Source of the DNA: Planctomycetota bacterium
Lineage (GTDB): Bacteria > Planctomycetota > Phycisphaerae > WQYP01
Length of the DNA stretch: 64,000 nt
Reading direction: 5' to 3'
Assembly: GCA_021831565.1 (NCBI GenBank)
Contig: JAKBMM010000002.1
Location: 39,440-103,439, forward strand
Shown here: piece by piece, positions 26,841-36,414 of the stretch
Position numbering within the stretch: the first letter of the stretch is position 1
Layout: every line of letters starts with the position of its first letter
Translations under genes and position numbers: made by a program
The notes under the pieces: model-generated
Databases searched by the model: none
What the model was told of the DNA's origin: nothing
Seen by the model: the letters and a program-made list of their open reading frames with translations, nothing else

Positions 26841-28823
26841 TTAAAACAGGATCTTCCAGAGCGCTCCCAACGGGAGCGTAATCAGAAGCAGAAAAAGTAA
26901 CATCAAAAGCATATAAAAAAGATAGCTCTGAACGTTGCCCCGCTGGAACACGCGGCCATTGGCCAGCACGGATCGCAAACGCCGCCACCCGGGTTCCAGA
27001 ACGTTTTTCAGGACCGGATCATCCACATGCGAATGGAATTGACCGGGACCGGCAAAGAGGCCCGATAGCCGCGGTTCGCGACGGCGCATGCGCAGCAGCG
27101 GCCGCAATGTACCCAGCAGCATTTGTGCCAGGGAGGAGGCGGTGTACTGCATACGGCTGGAAGACCCGGCGTAACCGCAATTCCACGTCGGTTGGGTCCG
27201 CGCCTGGCGCGCCAGGAACCGCCGGAGAAGGAAAGCGACCAGGAGGACCGCGGCCAGAGACAGATTCATTATGGTCAAGGCGGTTAGCGGAGTCAGCGCA
27301 ACCAGCGCCGGCAGTCCCCGGTGGGCCCAGGCGCTGGTGGTTCGGTTCAACGGCGTTGCCACCAGCGTGGGCGCCATTCCGATCAACAGACATCCGCCGG
27401 CGAGAATCATCATCGGCAGCCAAAACGCCGGGCCGGCTTCGCGCACCCGGCGCAGCTTGGTGCGGGCTGTTCCAAGAAAGACCGCGCCGCAGACCTTGGT
27501 GAAGCACGCCGCCGCCAGCGCCCCGACCATGGCCAGCACTCCGGCAGCCAGAGCCAGTATCGGCAGCACGGTCATTGTTCGCAGAAGCCCCACGTAAATG
27601 AAAAGTTCACTGACAAATCCATTCAGCGGCGGCAGGCCGCAGATGGCGATGGCTCCGAGCAAAAACAGGTTGGAAGTAAGCGGCATGGATTGGGCCAGCC
27701 CGCCGAGCCGATCGATTTTCCGCGTTCCGGCGGCATGGATGACACTGCCCGCGGAAAGGAACAAAAGCGACTTGAACAATCCGTGATTCCAGACGTGCAG
27801 AAGACATCCGGCCATTCCCAGGATGATCCATATCGGCTGATGTTTTGCCTCGCCGATCAGCGCCAGTCCCAGTCCCAACAGGATGATTCCGATGTTTTCC
27901 ACACTGTGATACGCCAGGAGTTTTTTCAGATCGTGCTGACCGATCGCCCATAACACACCGAGAAATGCGCTAAGTGCGCCGAGCGTCATAACCAGAATGC
28001 CCCAGCCGAGCGGTCTGGCCGGAAGCAGCGGCAACACGCGCAGCAGCCCGAAAATGCCCATCTTAATTGTGGTTCCCGATAACGTTGCGGATACATGACT
28101 CGGAGCGTTCGCGTGGGCTTCGGGCAGCCAGAAATGCAGCGGCACCATGCCGGCCTTAACGCCGAAGGCCCCCAGGGCCAGTAGAAATAACGCCGTCTGC
28201 AATCCCATACCGGCCTGTTCCGGCGAAAGCGGACGCAGAAGAAATGATCCCGACGCCATACGCAGCAAGGCAAAAAAGGCGAACAGCAGCAAGGTGCTTA
28301 TGTGTGCCGCCGCCAGATAAACCCAGGCGGCCTGGCGGGAGTCGGGCTTGAAGTCTTCCGTGGCTATAAGGAAAAACGTGCTGATCGCCATGAGTTCCCA
28401 CGCAAACAGAAAGCAAATGCCGTTGTTGCTCAACGTAATCATCGCCATGCTGGAAATGAGTATTCCGTACCAGAATCGCAGTTTCCGGCCGGTCCGGGGA
28501 TGATGACTTTGTTTCCAGTAACCGATGCCATAGAGCGAACATAGGCCGCCGATAAGAAAAATGGGGACCAGAAAAAATGCCGCCAGCGGATCAAGCCGGA
28601 GGTTGGTGGTCATGACCGGCGCCGGTCCGGGACCGGCCAGAGATTCAACCGGGGCGCCAAGCAGTATGGCCATAGCGGCCGTGAGGCCGCACAGCGCGGC
28701 CAGGACGGCCACCAACACCGAAAGCCAATGTCCCCAATTGCGGCGGCGATTGCCCACCATACCTATCAGGCCGCTGGCGGCAAAGCCGCCCGCGCCCAGC
28801 AATGTCATGGTCAGCCACATCAC
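26841..28823 (-). CDS. NuoL/MrpA/HyfB-like antiporter-type subunit, paralog 2
   Basis: 660 aa. HFWLPEAHANAPSHVSATLSG and KKLLAYHSVENIG. First gene of the structural part of the operon. Confidence 0.8.
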   Translation of the reverse strand: MMWLTMTLLGAGGFAASGLIGMVGNRRRNWGHWLSVLVAVLAALCGLTAAMAILLGAPVESLAGPGPAPVMTTNLRLDPLAAFFLVPIFLIGGLCSLYGIGYWKQSHHPRTGRKLRFWYGILISSMAMITLSNNGICFLFAWELMAISTFFLIATEDFKPDSRQAAWVYLAAAHISTLLLFAFFALLRMASGSFLLRPLSPEQAGMGLQTALFLLALGAFGVKAGMVPLHFWLPEAHANAPSHVSATLSGTTIKMGIFGLLRVLPLLPARPLGWGILVMTLGALSAFLGVLWAIGQHDLKKLLAYHSVENIGIILLGLGLALIGEAKHQPIWIILGMAGCLLHVWNHGLFKSLLFLSAGSVIHAAGTRKIDRLGGLAQSMPLTSNLFLLGAIAICGLPPLNGFVSELFIYVGLLRTMTVLPILALAAGVLAMVGALAAACFTKVCGAVFLGTARTKLRRVREAGPAFWLPMMILAGGCLLIGMAPTLVATPLNRTTSAWAHRGLPALVALTPLTALTIMNLSLAAVLLVAFLLRRFLARQARTQPTWNCGYAGSSSRMQYTASSLAQMLLGTLRPLLRMRRREPRLSGLFAGPGQFHSHVDDPVLKNVLEPGWRRLRSVLANGRVFQRGNVQSYLFYMLLMLLFLLLITLPLGALWKILF

Positions 28824-29548
28824 TCGCCTTGCCCCGGTGAGTTGCCATGGGCCGCCGCAGGACCTTGCCCTGTCGTCAAAATACCGGACTCCGCCCGTCG
28901 CAGGGATTCCAGAACCTCTTCCCGGGCGGCCTGCTCCAGCACGACCTTCTTGAATCCCGGATCACGCAGGACAAAACCCAGCCGCGAAAGCAATTGCAGA
29001 TGCGCCCGCACAGTGGGACTGATAAGCGTAAAGAGAGTACTTACCGGCTGCCCGTCGAGTGCCCCAAAGTCCACGGGCTTTTCCAGGAAACACAGCACGA
29101 TCATGGGACCGGACAGGTGCAACACGATGGGATTGCGGACATGCGGAATCGCGATTCCTTCTCCAATGCCGGTCGAGCCGAGAGCTTCCCGGGCCAGCAA
29201 CACCTGATAGAGAAATTCGCGGTCCACTTCCTCCGGCAGCCGCATGATTTCCACCACGCTGCGCAGCACGGAACTTTTATCGACGCCGCTGATCCGGTAG
29301 TAGATGCCGCCATCGCGCAGCGCATCGGTTAGCGATGGCGCCGGCGTTTCACCTCCCTCCGGTTCAAGGAAGATTTCCGGGGAAACATGAATTTTTCGTG
29401 AGGTGGACCACTCAAGCAGCTCAGCCCGGTTGAATCGGTATTGCTCGTTAACCTGGTAGGCGGGAATGATCCCCTGCTTAATCCAGCGGTACACGCTTTT
29501 TTCCGATACATTAAGTAGTCGAGCGGCATCGCGGACGGTGAGTTTCAT
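28820..29548 (-). CDS. HTH (excisionase/MerR-like HTH_17) + PTS EIIA(Ntr/Fru type-2) two-domain protein, translationally coupled to the complex operon
   Basis: MKLTVRDAARLLNVSEKSVYRWIKQG HTH; EIIA-2 domain with phosphorylatable His in GEGIAIPHVRNP. Its stop overlaps the next start (ATGA). ATG 29548 with AAGGG RBS. Confidence 0.75.
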   Translation of the reverse strand: MKLTVRDAARLLNVSEKSVYRWIKQGIIPAYQVNEQYRFNRAELLEWSTSRKIHVSPEIFLEPEGGETPAPSLTDALRDGGIYYRISGVDKSSVLRSVVEIMRLPEEVDREFLYQVLLAREALGSTGIGEGIAIPHVRNPIVLHLSGPMIVLCFLEKPVDFGALDGQPVSTLFTLISPTVRAHLQLLSRLGFVLRDPGFKKVVLEQAAREEVLESLRRAESGILTTGQGPAAAHGNSPGQGE

Positions 29549-29588
29549 ATCATGCCCTTCATACAACCATTGTGTCGCATTATTACCC

Positions 29589-29617
29589 ACTATAAAACAA
29601 ATGTCCTAAAAAGTCAA
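29589..29617 (-). promoter_or_regulatory. Near-consensus sigma70 promoter TTGACT-N17-TATAGT driving the HTH-EIIA/complex operon
   Basis: On the minus strand: TTGACT (plus coordinates 29612..29617), 17-nt spacer, TATAGT (29589..29594), about 40 nt upstream of ATG 29548. Confidence 0.5.
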
Positions 29618-29640
29618 TCGGATGGCAAAAAAAAGGACAT

Positions 29641-31458
29641 TCACCTGTTTTTTTCATTCCGCACCGCTGATTTTCCGGGGATACGCCGAGTTTTACCAGC
29701 GGACTCCTTGCCGTCTGCCGCATTCCGCGATGCCAGCGCGAGTAACTCTTTGGCCTGTGCCAGCGCGGTGTCGGTGACGTTTTTACCGGTGGTCATTTCA
29801 GCCAATTCGCGAACCCGCGTCTCGCCCTCTAACATCGTTATTGAGGTAAAGCTTTCTCCGTCCCGAACGCTCTTATGGATGCTGATATGCTGGTCGGCGA
29901 AAGCTGCTATCTGGGGCAAATGCGTGATGCAGAGCACCTGATGATGCGCCGCAAGTCTCCGGAGTTTTTCACCGATAAGAGTTCCCATGCGTCCGCCGAC
30001 ATTGGCATCGATTTCATCAAATACCAGCACGCTCACGCGGTCCGAGGCGGCCAGAATGGACTTGAGCGCCAGCATCACGCGTGAAAGTTCACCCCCGCTG
30101 GCTATTTTCCGCAGCGGGCGCGCCTCTTGACCCGGGTTGGGCGCGATCATGAACTCAACCGTTTCCAGACCCTGGGGCGAGGGGAATGAATCCGCCGGCG
30201 ACGCGCCGGGATCGGCTGGTCCGACGTGGTCCGGAGTCTCCGCTGCGATCGGCTGCAATTCCACGGCGAAGCGGGCGTCTTTCATTCCCAAATCGATCAG
30301 TTGCCCGTGTACCAGCGGCACGAGTTTTTGGGCCGCCGCCCGGCGCTTTTTAGACAATTCTTGACCGATTTTAGTCAACTGTTCGTTCCCGTCGGCCAGA
30401 CGGGCGTTGCATGAGGCGGAGTCATGATCGGCCGCGAGCAAACTTGCCATGTCCCGGCCGATTTGCCGGCGATACTCCAGCAGTTGAGAGAGCGAGCCGC
30501 CGGCGCCAACATATTTGTTGATAAGCCGGTGCAGCAGATTCAGGCGTTCGCGTACGTTGGCGAGTTCGTCGGGATCCAGTTCAAGCCGGTCACGGGTGCG
30601 GCGGAGAGCGAAGGCCGCATCGTCCAGCGATACCGCCGCGTCGCGTACCTGCGTCGCGATGGCCGCCAAGTCGGGATTGAGTTCGGCGATTTCGAGCAGA
30701 ACCGCCGTGATGGTTTTAATCCGTTCGACGACTGCGCCCTCGTCCTCATAAAGCGCTTCATAAGCCGCCCCCGCCTGCCGTTTGATCTTTTCCGCATTGG
30801 CCAGCAACTTGTGGCGGTTTTCGAGCTGTTCCTGTTCGTCGGGTTGGAAATCGGCCTGATCGATTTCACCGATCTGGAATTCGTAAAGTTCCAGTTGCTG
30901 GCGGCGAAGTGTTTGCGACGTCTCTCCCTTGCGCTTGCGATCCAGGAGATCGCGCCGCTGCTGGTGCAACCGGCGGAACTGTTCCGCTTCCGCCGCCGCG
31001 CCCCCAAATTCGTCGAGCACCGCCAGTTGGTTGCCCGGTTGGAGCAGAAACTGTGCGTCGTGCCGGCCATGGATGTCGGCCAACGCTTCGCCCAGCGCCT
31101 TGAGCATGGTTCCCGTCAACGGATGGCCGTTAAGCGACGCCGACGTGCGCCCGCTTTTATGCAGGCGGCGAACGAGAATCATTTCAGGTTCATCGGCCAG
31201 GGGCAGGTCGGTGAGGGCCGCCAACTCCTGGCGCAGGCGGGGGGCGGCAATGTGAAATACGCCCGTGACCCGGCCCTCCACGGCGCCGGCGCGGAGCATA
31301 TTTCCCGGGGAACGAAGCGCCAGCAGCAGTTCCAGCGCGCCGATCACCAGCGACTTGCCGGCGCCGGTCTGTCCGGTAAAGCAGGTAAGCCCCGCGTCCA
31401 ACTCGATATGGACATCGGCGATAATCGCCAGATTGGAGATGTGCAATTCGCGCAGCAC
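29641..31458 (-). CDS. recN: DNA repair protein RecN
   Basis: LRELHISNLAIIADVHIEL...FTGQTGAGKS N-terminal Walker A and C-terminal ABC signature region. GTG start inferred at 31458. Confidence 0.85.
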   Translation of the reverse strand: MLRELHISNLAIIADVHIELDAGLTCFTGQTGAGKSLVIGALELLLALRSPGNMLRAGAVEGRVTGVFHIAAPRLRQELAALTDLPLADEPEMILVRRLHKSGRTSASLNGHPLTGTMLKALGEALADIHGRHDAQFLLQPGNQLAVLDEFGGAAAEAEQFRRLHQQRRDLLDRKRKGETSQTLRRQQLELYEFQIGEIDQADFQPDEQEQLENRHKLLANAEKIKRQAGAAYEALYEDEGAVVERIKTITAVLLEIAELNPDLAAIATQVRDAAVSLDDAAFALRRTRDRLELDPDELANVRERLNLLHRLINKYVGAGGSLSQLLEYRRQIGRDMASLLAADHDSASCNARLADGNEQLTKIGQELSKKRRAAAQKLVPLVHGQLIDLGMKDARFAVELQPIAAETPDHVGPADPGASPADSFPSPQGLETVEFMIAPNPGQEARPLRKIASGGELSRVMLALKSILAASDRVSVLVFDEIDANVGGRMGTLIGEKLRRLAAHHQVLCITHLPQIAAFADQHISIHKSVRDGESFTSITMLEGETRVRELAEMTTGKNVTDTALAQAKELLALASRNAADGKESAGKTRRIPGKSAVRNEKNR

Positions 31459-31574
31459 GACGCATAGTTTACACCGGCGCCGCCGTCTTGGTACGAGGGC
31501 GCTCGATCGTCCGAAAAACATTTGAAAAACAAGCAAGGGTCGAGCGCCGCACGATTATCGGAAGGAAAAGAAAA

Positions 31575-32729
31575 ATGCGCATGTCGTTCCAAGCTCGCGC
31601 CCATGATTCGCCGATAGAACGTGCGGGGAAGACGCCGCCGAAGCGGCGCGCCGCCTCGGAAAAAACGGAGATACCCATGTCCCAGATCACCGTCCCCGAT
31701 CCCAAAACCTCCGGACGCGGTACTTTGATTCCGCAGGACGTCAATCGCGCGAATCGCACGCCGGAACTTGCAGCAACGTCGATCCGATTGAACAACAGTT
31801 ATGTTGCGCCGGCAAGCAAACCGGCCCGCGAAGTGTTCCCCCGAAAGTTCTCGACCCCTTTACCGCGCGTGATCTCGTGGGGGAATCTCACCCTGGCGGA
31901 GGCGGGATGTCTGCTGCTCCTGGCCGCGACGTTTTACATGCCCATCCAGGGCGCCGCCGCCAACTGGTGGACGAATCTCAAGATTGGTTCGCCGGTCTAC
32001 AACCTGCCGGTCTTGTTGCGTAACTGGCAAGTGCTTTCCGCCATGATCGGCATGATTCTGCTGCCATTCCTGCGCCCGGGGACCCGCGCCAAGCTTGTGT
32101 TTGGCATCAGCCTTAGTGTGCTGGGGCTGATGACGCTCGCCATCCTGTGCCAATATCGTGTCGGATTCAGCCTGGTATTTCTGCCGACCCTGGGCTTGTT
32201 GAGTCTGGCCGCCCTTTATGCGGTGCTCCGCGCCCGGACGCTCAATCCCCAGGCGGCGTTCCTGCAACGCTGGCAAACCATGACCGCGTCCGCCGCCGTA
32301 GTGCTGTGGTCTCTTCCGGCCCTTGGCAGCTTCTTTGATAACGGGATCCGGAATATTTTTTCCGTGGCCGGCGCTTATTCCCCTTGGCTATCGTTGACGT
32401 TCAGTCTGGGCGCCACCGCGGCGGCGGTTGCGGCGGCGCTGGCCCTGGGCGAGACGAAAGACCACTTCCACCCCCGGCTTAATTGCGCGGCGCGGGCGAT
32501 GGCCGGCGGCGCCATGCTTATGCTTGTCGGCGCGGGATTCGCCGTGGTCAGCATGGTCTCAGAGGCTTTTTTCCCAAGCTTGGGCGCCGGCTGGTTTGGC
32601 GTGGGAACCATGTGGTTGTTCCTGCTGGTCATTGCCTGCATGATGTTGTTTGGATCGGGCATGGTGCAGCAATTCGGGCTGTTAGCCTTGAATTACCGCC
32701 AGGAGGAACCCCTCCCGCGCACCGATTAG
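31575..32729 (+). CDS. Hypothetical polytopic membrane protein
   Basis: ATG at 31575 with GAAGGA RBS; about 8 predicted TM helices; no recognised family. Confidence 0.45.
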   Translation: MRMSFQARAHDSPIERAGKTPPKRRAASEKTEIPMSQITVPDPKTSGRGTLIPQDVNRANRTPELAATSIRLNNSYVAPASKPAREVFPRKFSTPLPRVISWGNLTLAEAGCLLLLAATFYMPIQGAAANWWTNLKIGSPVYNLPVLLRNWQVLSAMIGMILLPFLRPGTRAKLVFGISLSVLGLMTLAILCQYRVGFSLVFLPTLGLLSLAALYAVLRARTLNPQAAFLQRWQTMTASAAVVLWSLPALGSFFDNGIRNIFSVAGAYSPWLSLTFSLGATAAAVAAALALGETKDHFHPRLNCAARAMAGGAMLMLVGAGFAVVSMVSEAFFPSLGAGWFGVGTMWLFLLVIACMMLFGSGMVQQFGLLALNYRQEEPLPRTD

Positions 32730-33047
32730 AGTCGAAGATTCCACGGCATATTATGAACCGGCGGCGATGCGGGGCCGGGATGATATAACGCCAAAGCCCG
32801 CGTCCCCGAGCCGGCGGGTGTAAACATAGTGTTTTCGTGGTTCCCCCTGATCGCAACGGCCATGAACCATCCAGTCGCCACCGAGCCGAATCCGCCATGC
32901 GCCCACACCGGTCCAGCCGGATTGGATCGACCGGATTGGATCGACTCGCCCGCCCCGGGCGATCCCGCTACAATCGGCGGAGATGGAGTTCCGGCTCTTT
33001 TGGAAAATGGTGGATGGCTCGGCTATCTTAGAAATATAGATTATTGC

Positions 33048-34754
33048 ATGTATAAGCTATTTCTCTGTTTCCGCTATCTCACCCGCAAGGGGATTGTGGT
33101 TTTCCCCATTTTGGCCGTGTGGCTGTGCGTACTGATGCTCATCGTCGTCAACAGCATTATGACCGGCTTTGTGAACCGCGTGCGCAACGCCGGCCGCGGC
33201 CTGATGGGCGATGTGGTTATTCAAAGTCGAAACATGGCCGGTTTTCCCTATTACCGCCAACTGGAGAAGAAAATCGGCGAATTGCCGCAGGTGGCGGCCA
33301 GCACCCCGGTGATCACCGCCTACGGCCTGCTGAATCTGCCGGAGTTCCAGGCGGATAAGGGCGTGGAAATCGTGGGGATCCATCCAGCGGGAAAAACGCG
33401 GTGCAGCGCGTTCGGAAAAAGCCTCTTCTGGCAGCACCAGGCGCCCTTGGAGGCGGTAAAAGACTTGGACGGAATCGGCTTTCCCGTCACCCGCGCCGCG
33501 CTGCTGGCCGAAGCGCACAAGCGGCTGGTTGCGGCGCTGGCCGTCGAACGAAAAAAGCGGCGGGCCTATCTGGCTCTTAAGCCGATTCCATCTTCCGCCT
33601 GGTTCGCCTCTCTGCGCCGCCACTGGCAGGTCATCGCCCGCGAAGATTACCGGCAGTCCATCTATTCATTCAACCGCGCCTACCGGGATCTGCGATTCGT
33701 CAAGCAGCTTCCCCGCGGCGTGCGATTGATGAATCGCCGGGCGCTCATCCAGGCGCTGGTGCCGGCCGTTCCCTCTTTGCGCCCGCCGCCGCGGGCCGTG
33801 GATCGCTATGGAACCGTCGCGGCGATGCCGAAAAACGGCTGCATTGTCGGTGTGGACATCGGGCTTTACCGGCGCAATCGTTTCGGCCACTACCATCGTC
33901 CCGCGTACGTGCGCTTCGCCCCGGCGATTCTCACGGTGGTGCCGGTGACCATCAAGGGTACGCTGGCCATGCCGCAAAGCCGCCGTTTTCTGATCGTCGA
34001 CGATTCCGACACCAAGGTGTTTTCGGTCGATTCGAAAACCGTCTACGCGCCCTTCCGGGTCGTTCAAAAAATGGCCTTCATGCAAAAGCAGGAACTGCTC
34101 AACGGGGGTTTCCGGCCCGCGCACTGCAGCCAGATTCAGATTCGCATCCATGACGACTCGAATCCCCGGACCGTGCGCGCCGCCCGCAACGCCATCGCCG
34201 CCGTGGTGGCCCGCTTCGAGCGACTGCACCCGGAGATGGCCATGGCGGGCCTGCAGGTGAAAACATGGGATCAGATGCAGGCCGAATTCATCCATGCGGT
34301 GGATAAGGAACGCGATCTGATCACGTTTCTCCTGGGACTGATGAGCCTGGTTGTGGTCATCGTGATATTTCTAATTTTTTACATGATCGTGCGCGACAAG
34401 ACCCGCGACATCGGCATCATCAAGGCCATCGGCGGCAGCGAATTCGGCGTGGGCGGCATTTTCGTTCTCTACGGCATGTTGATCAGCGCCGCCGGGGCGC
34501 TGCTGGGGCTGGCCAGCGGCGTGGCGTTCGTCCGCAACGACAACTGGATTCATGACGATATTCTCTGGCGGATTTTCGGCATTTCCATCTGGAACAGACG
34601 TATTTATATATTTTCGCGTATACCAGATCAGGTCGATCCCCACGCCGCGGCCGCCATCGTGATTCTGGCGATCGCCGCGGGGCTTCTCGGCGCGCTGATC
34701 CCCGCTTTTATTGCCGCAGCGCGGGATCCGGTCGCAGCGCTGCGTTACGAGTAA
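33048..34754 (+). CDS. FtsX/MacB/LolE-family ABC transporter permease with a large periplasmic domain (no adjacent ATPase)
   Basis: Starts MYKLFLCFRYLTRKG (typical LolE/MacB N-terminus). C-terminal FtsX 3-TM bundle. 568 aa. Confidence 0.65.
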   Translation: MYKLFLCFRYLTRKGIVVFPILAVWLCVLMLIVVNSIMTGFVNRVRNAGRGLMGDVVIQSRNMAGFPYYRQLEKKIGELPQVAASTPVITAYGLLNLPEFQADKGVEIVGIHPAGKTRCSAFGKSLFWQHQAPLEAVKDLDGIGFPVTRAALLAEAHKRLVAALAVERKKRRAYLALKPIPSSAWFASLRRHWQVIAREDYRQSIYSFNRAYRDLRFVKQLPRGVRLMNRRALIQALVPAVPSLRPPPRAVDRYGTVAAMPKNGCIVGVDIGLYRRNRFGHYHRPAYVRFAPAILTVVPVTIKGTLAMPQSRRFLIVDDSDTKVFSVDSKTVYAPFRVVQKMAFMQKQELLNGGFRPAHCSQIQIRIHDDSNPRTVRAARNAIAAVVARFERLHPEMAMAGLQVKTWDQMQAEFIHAVDKERDLITFLLGLMSLVVVIVIFLIFYMIVRDKTRDIGIIKAIGGSEFGVGGIFVLYGMLISAAGALLGLASGVAFVRNDNWIHDDILWRIFGISIWNRRIYIFSRIPDQVDPHAAAAIVILAIAAGLLGALIPAFIAAARDPVAALRYE

Positions 34755-34782
34755 CCAGCCGCCCGCCCCGGCCGGCAGGCTC

Positions 34783-36189
34783 TTAGCGCGCCCCGGCCGT
34801 ACCGGTGGGAATCGGCTGGAGGACAAATTCGCGCGGATCGGTAATGTGGCCGGTCAGGGCGCTGGCCGCCACCGTCAGCGGGCTGGCCAGGTACACCGCG
34901 GCGGCCATGCTGCCCATGCGGCCGGGAAAATTGCGATTGGTGGTGCTGATGCACACCGCACCGGATTGAAGCCGGCCGAAAGTGTCCGGTGGGCCGCCCA
35001 GACACGCGCTGCAGCCGCTGGGACCGACGCGGCAACCGGCCTCCCGCAGAACCTCCTCGATGCTTTTTTCATTCGGACCCCGCGCGGCGCCGGCGAGATT
35101 GAGCCGTCTCATGTCGGCATGCACTTCGGTGGAGCCGGGAACCACGTAGGTGGGAACTTTTACCCGGTGACCCTTGAGAATACCGGCGGCGAAAATCATG
35201 TCGGTGATCTTGCCGCCCGTGCAACTGCCGATGTACGCCTGGTCAATCCGCACATGCCGGCAGTTTCCGGCCGTATCCTTGTTATCCGGCGAGTGCGGCT
35301 TGGCCACCAGCGGTTCCAGCGCGGCCAGGTCCCATTGCTTTTGATAACAGTATTCGGCGTTTTTGTCGTCCTCGAAAACATCCCAGGACTGGTTGCGGCT
35401 GCGGTGGCGAACGTATTGGAGCGTTTTTTCATCCACGTCGCAGATGCCGTTCTTACCGCCCGCCTCAATGGCCATGTTGGTCAGCGTCATGCGGTCTTCC
35501 AGCGTCAGCGAACGAATGGCGTCTCCGGTAAAGTACATGGTTTTGTAGGTGGCGCCGGCCACGCCGATCTCGCCAATGACGGCGAGGATCATGTCTTTGG
35601 CGGTCAGATAAGGAGGAATCTGACCGTGGAAGACGAATTTCATTGTCGGCGGAACCTTGAGCCACGTCTTGCCGGTACCCAAGGTGAAAGCGGCGTCGGT
35701 GTTGCCGACGCCTGTGGCAAATTGTCCGAAGGCGCCGGCGGTGCATGTGTGGCTGTCGGTGCCGAGAAGAATTTCCCCTGGCCGCACGTGTCCTTCTTCC
35801 GGCAGAACCTTGTGACAAACACCCCGATAATGAGTCTGGGTCGGATCAATATAGGGATTGGGCATACCCGGTTCGTTTTTGACGAATTCCGGATCGTAAT
35901 AGTACTCCAGAGCCTGCTCACGAACGAAATCACGCAAAATCTGCACGTTTCGGTGACATTTCTCATCGGCGGTGAAAATGTAATGATCGGGGATGATCAC
36001 CACCCGCTTCTTATCCCACACTTTCGCGGCGCGTCCGAATTTTTCGTGAAAAATACCAATGGTTCCCGGTCCGCATACGTCGTGGGTCATCAGAACATCC
36101 ACATCGACCCACACGTTTTCCCCGGGCCGAACCTGGGCGCGGCCGGCGTGTCTGGCGATTATTTTTTCCGTCATGGTCATGCCGGGCAT
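34783..36189 (-). CDS. leuC: 3-isopropylmalate dehydratase large subunit (aconitase family)
   Basis: Aconitase-family motifs GTDSHT and IGSCTGG plus cluster cysteines (SGCSACLG). AGGAG RBS. Confidence 0.85.
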   Translation of the reverse strand: MPGMTMTEKIIARHAGRAQVRPGENVWVDVDVLMTHDVCGPGTIGIFHEKFGRAAKVWDKKRVVIIPDHYIFTADEKCHRNVQILRDFVREQALEYYYDPEFVKNEPGMPNPYIDPTQTHYRGVCHKVLPEEGHVRPGEILLGTDSHTCTAGAFGQFATGVGNTDAAFTLGTGKTWLKVPPTMKFVFHGQIPPYLTAKDMILAVIGEIGVAGATYKTMYFTGDAIRSLTLEDRMTLTNMAIEAGGKNGICDVDEKTLQYVRHRSRNQSWDVFEDDKNAEYCYQKQWDLAALEPLVAKPHSPDNKDTAGNCRHVRIDQAYIGSCTGGKITDMIFAAGILKGHRVKVPTYVVPGSTEVHADMRRLNLAGAARGPNEKSIEEVLREAGCRVGPSGCSACLGGPPDTFGRLQSGAVCISTTNRNFPGRMGSMAAAVYLASPLTVAASALTGHITDPREFVLQPIPTGTAGAR

Positions 36190-36391
36190 GATGGGAATCT
36201 CCTTCTTTTCAAGGCCTTGTCGCTTGCCGGGAAAACGAAACCATGTACTTGGACATTTTTTTCCCGAAGACTTAAGTACGGCAGCGCTACTTTTTATCCG
36301 AAGGGGCCTTTAGGGGATCGAAAACAGCAATCCAATGGGTCAGAGCACTTCGCAAAATAAGCACTTACGGACAATCCAGCGCTCGCGCAAT

Positions 36392-36414
36392 AGAGCCTAT
36401 CCAGATAGGCCTCT
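36392..36414. repeat. Palindrome AGAGCCTATC-CA-GATAGGCCTCT abutting the stop of the HTH regulator gene
   Basis: Perfect 7-bp arms GCCTATC / GATAGGC with a 2-nt centre, extended by AGAG / CTCT. Shares the CTATC...GATAG core with the TCTATTGAGATAG motif. Confidence 0.5.

Noticed and set aside
34711-36360. 549-aa plus-strand ORF antisense to leuC
   Set aside because: Shadow ORF opposite a well-conserved gene.
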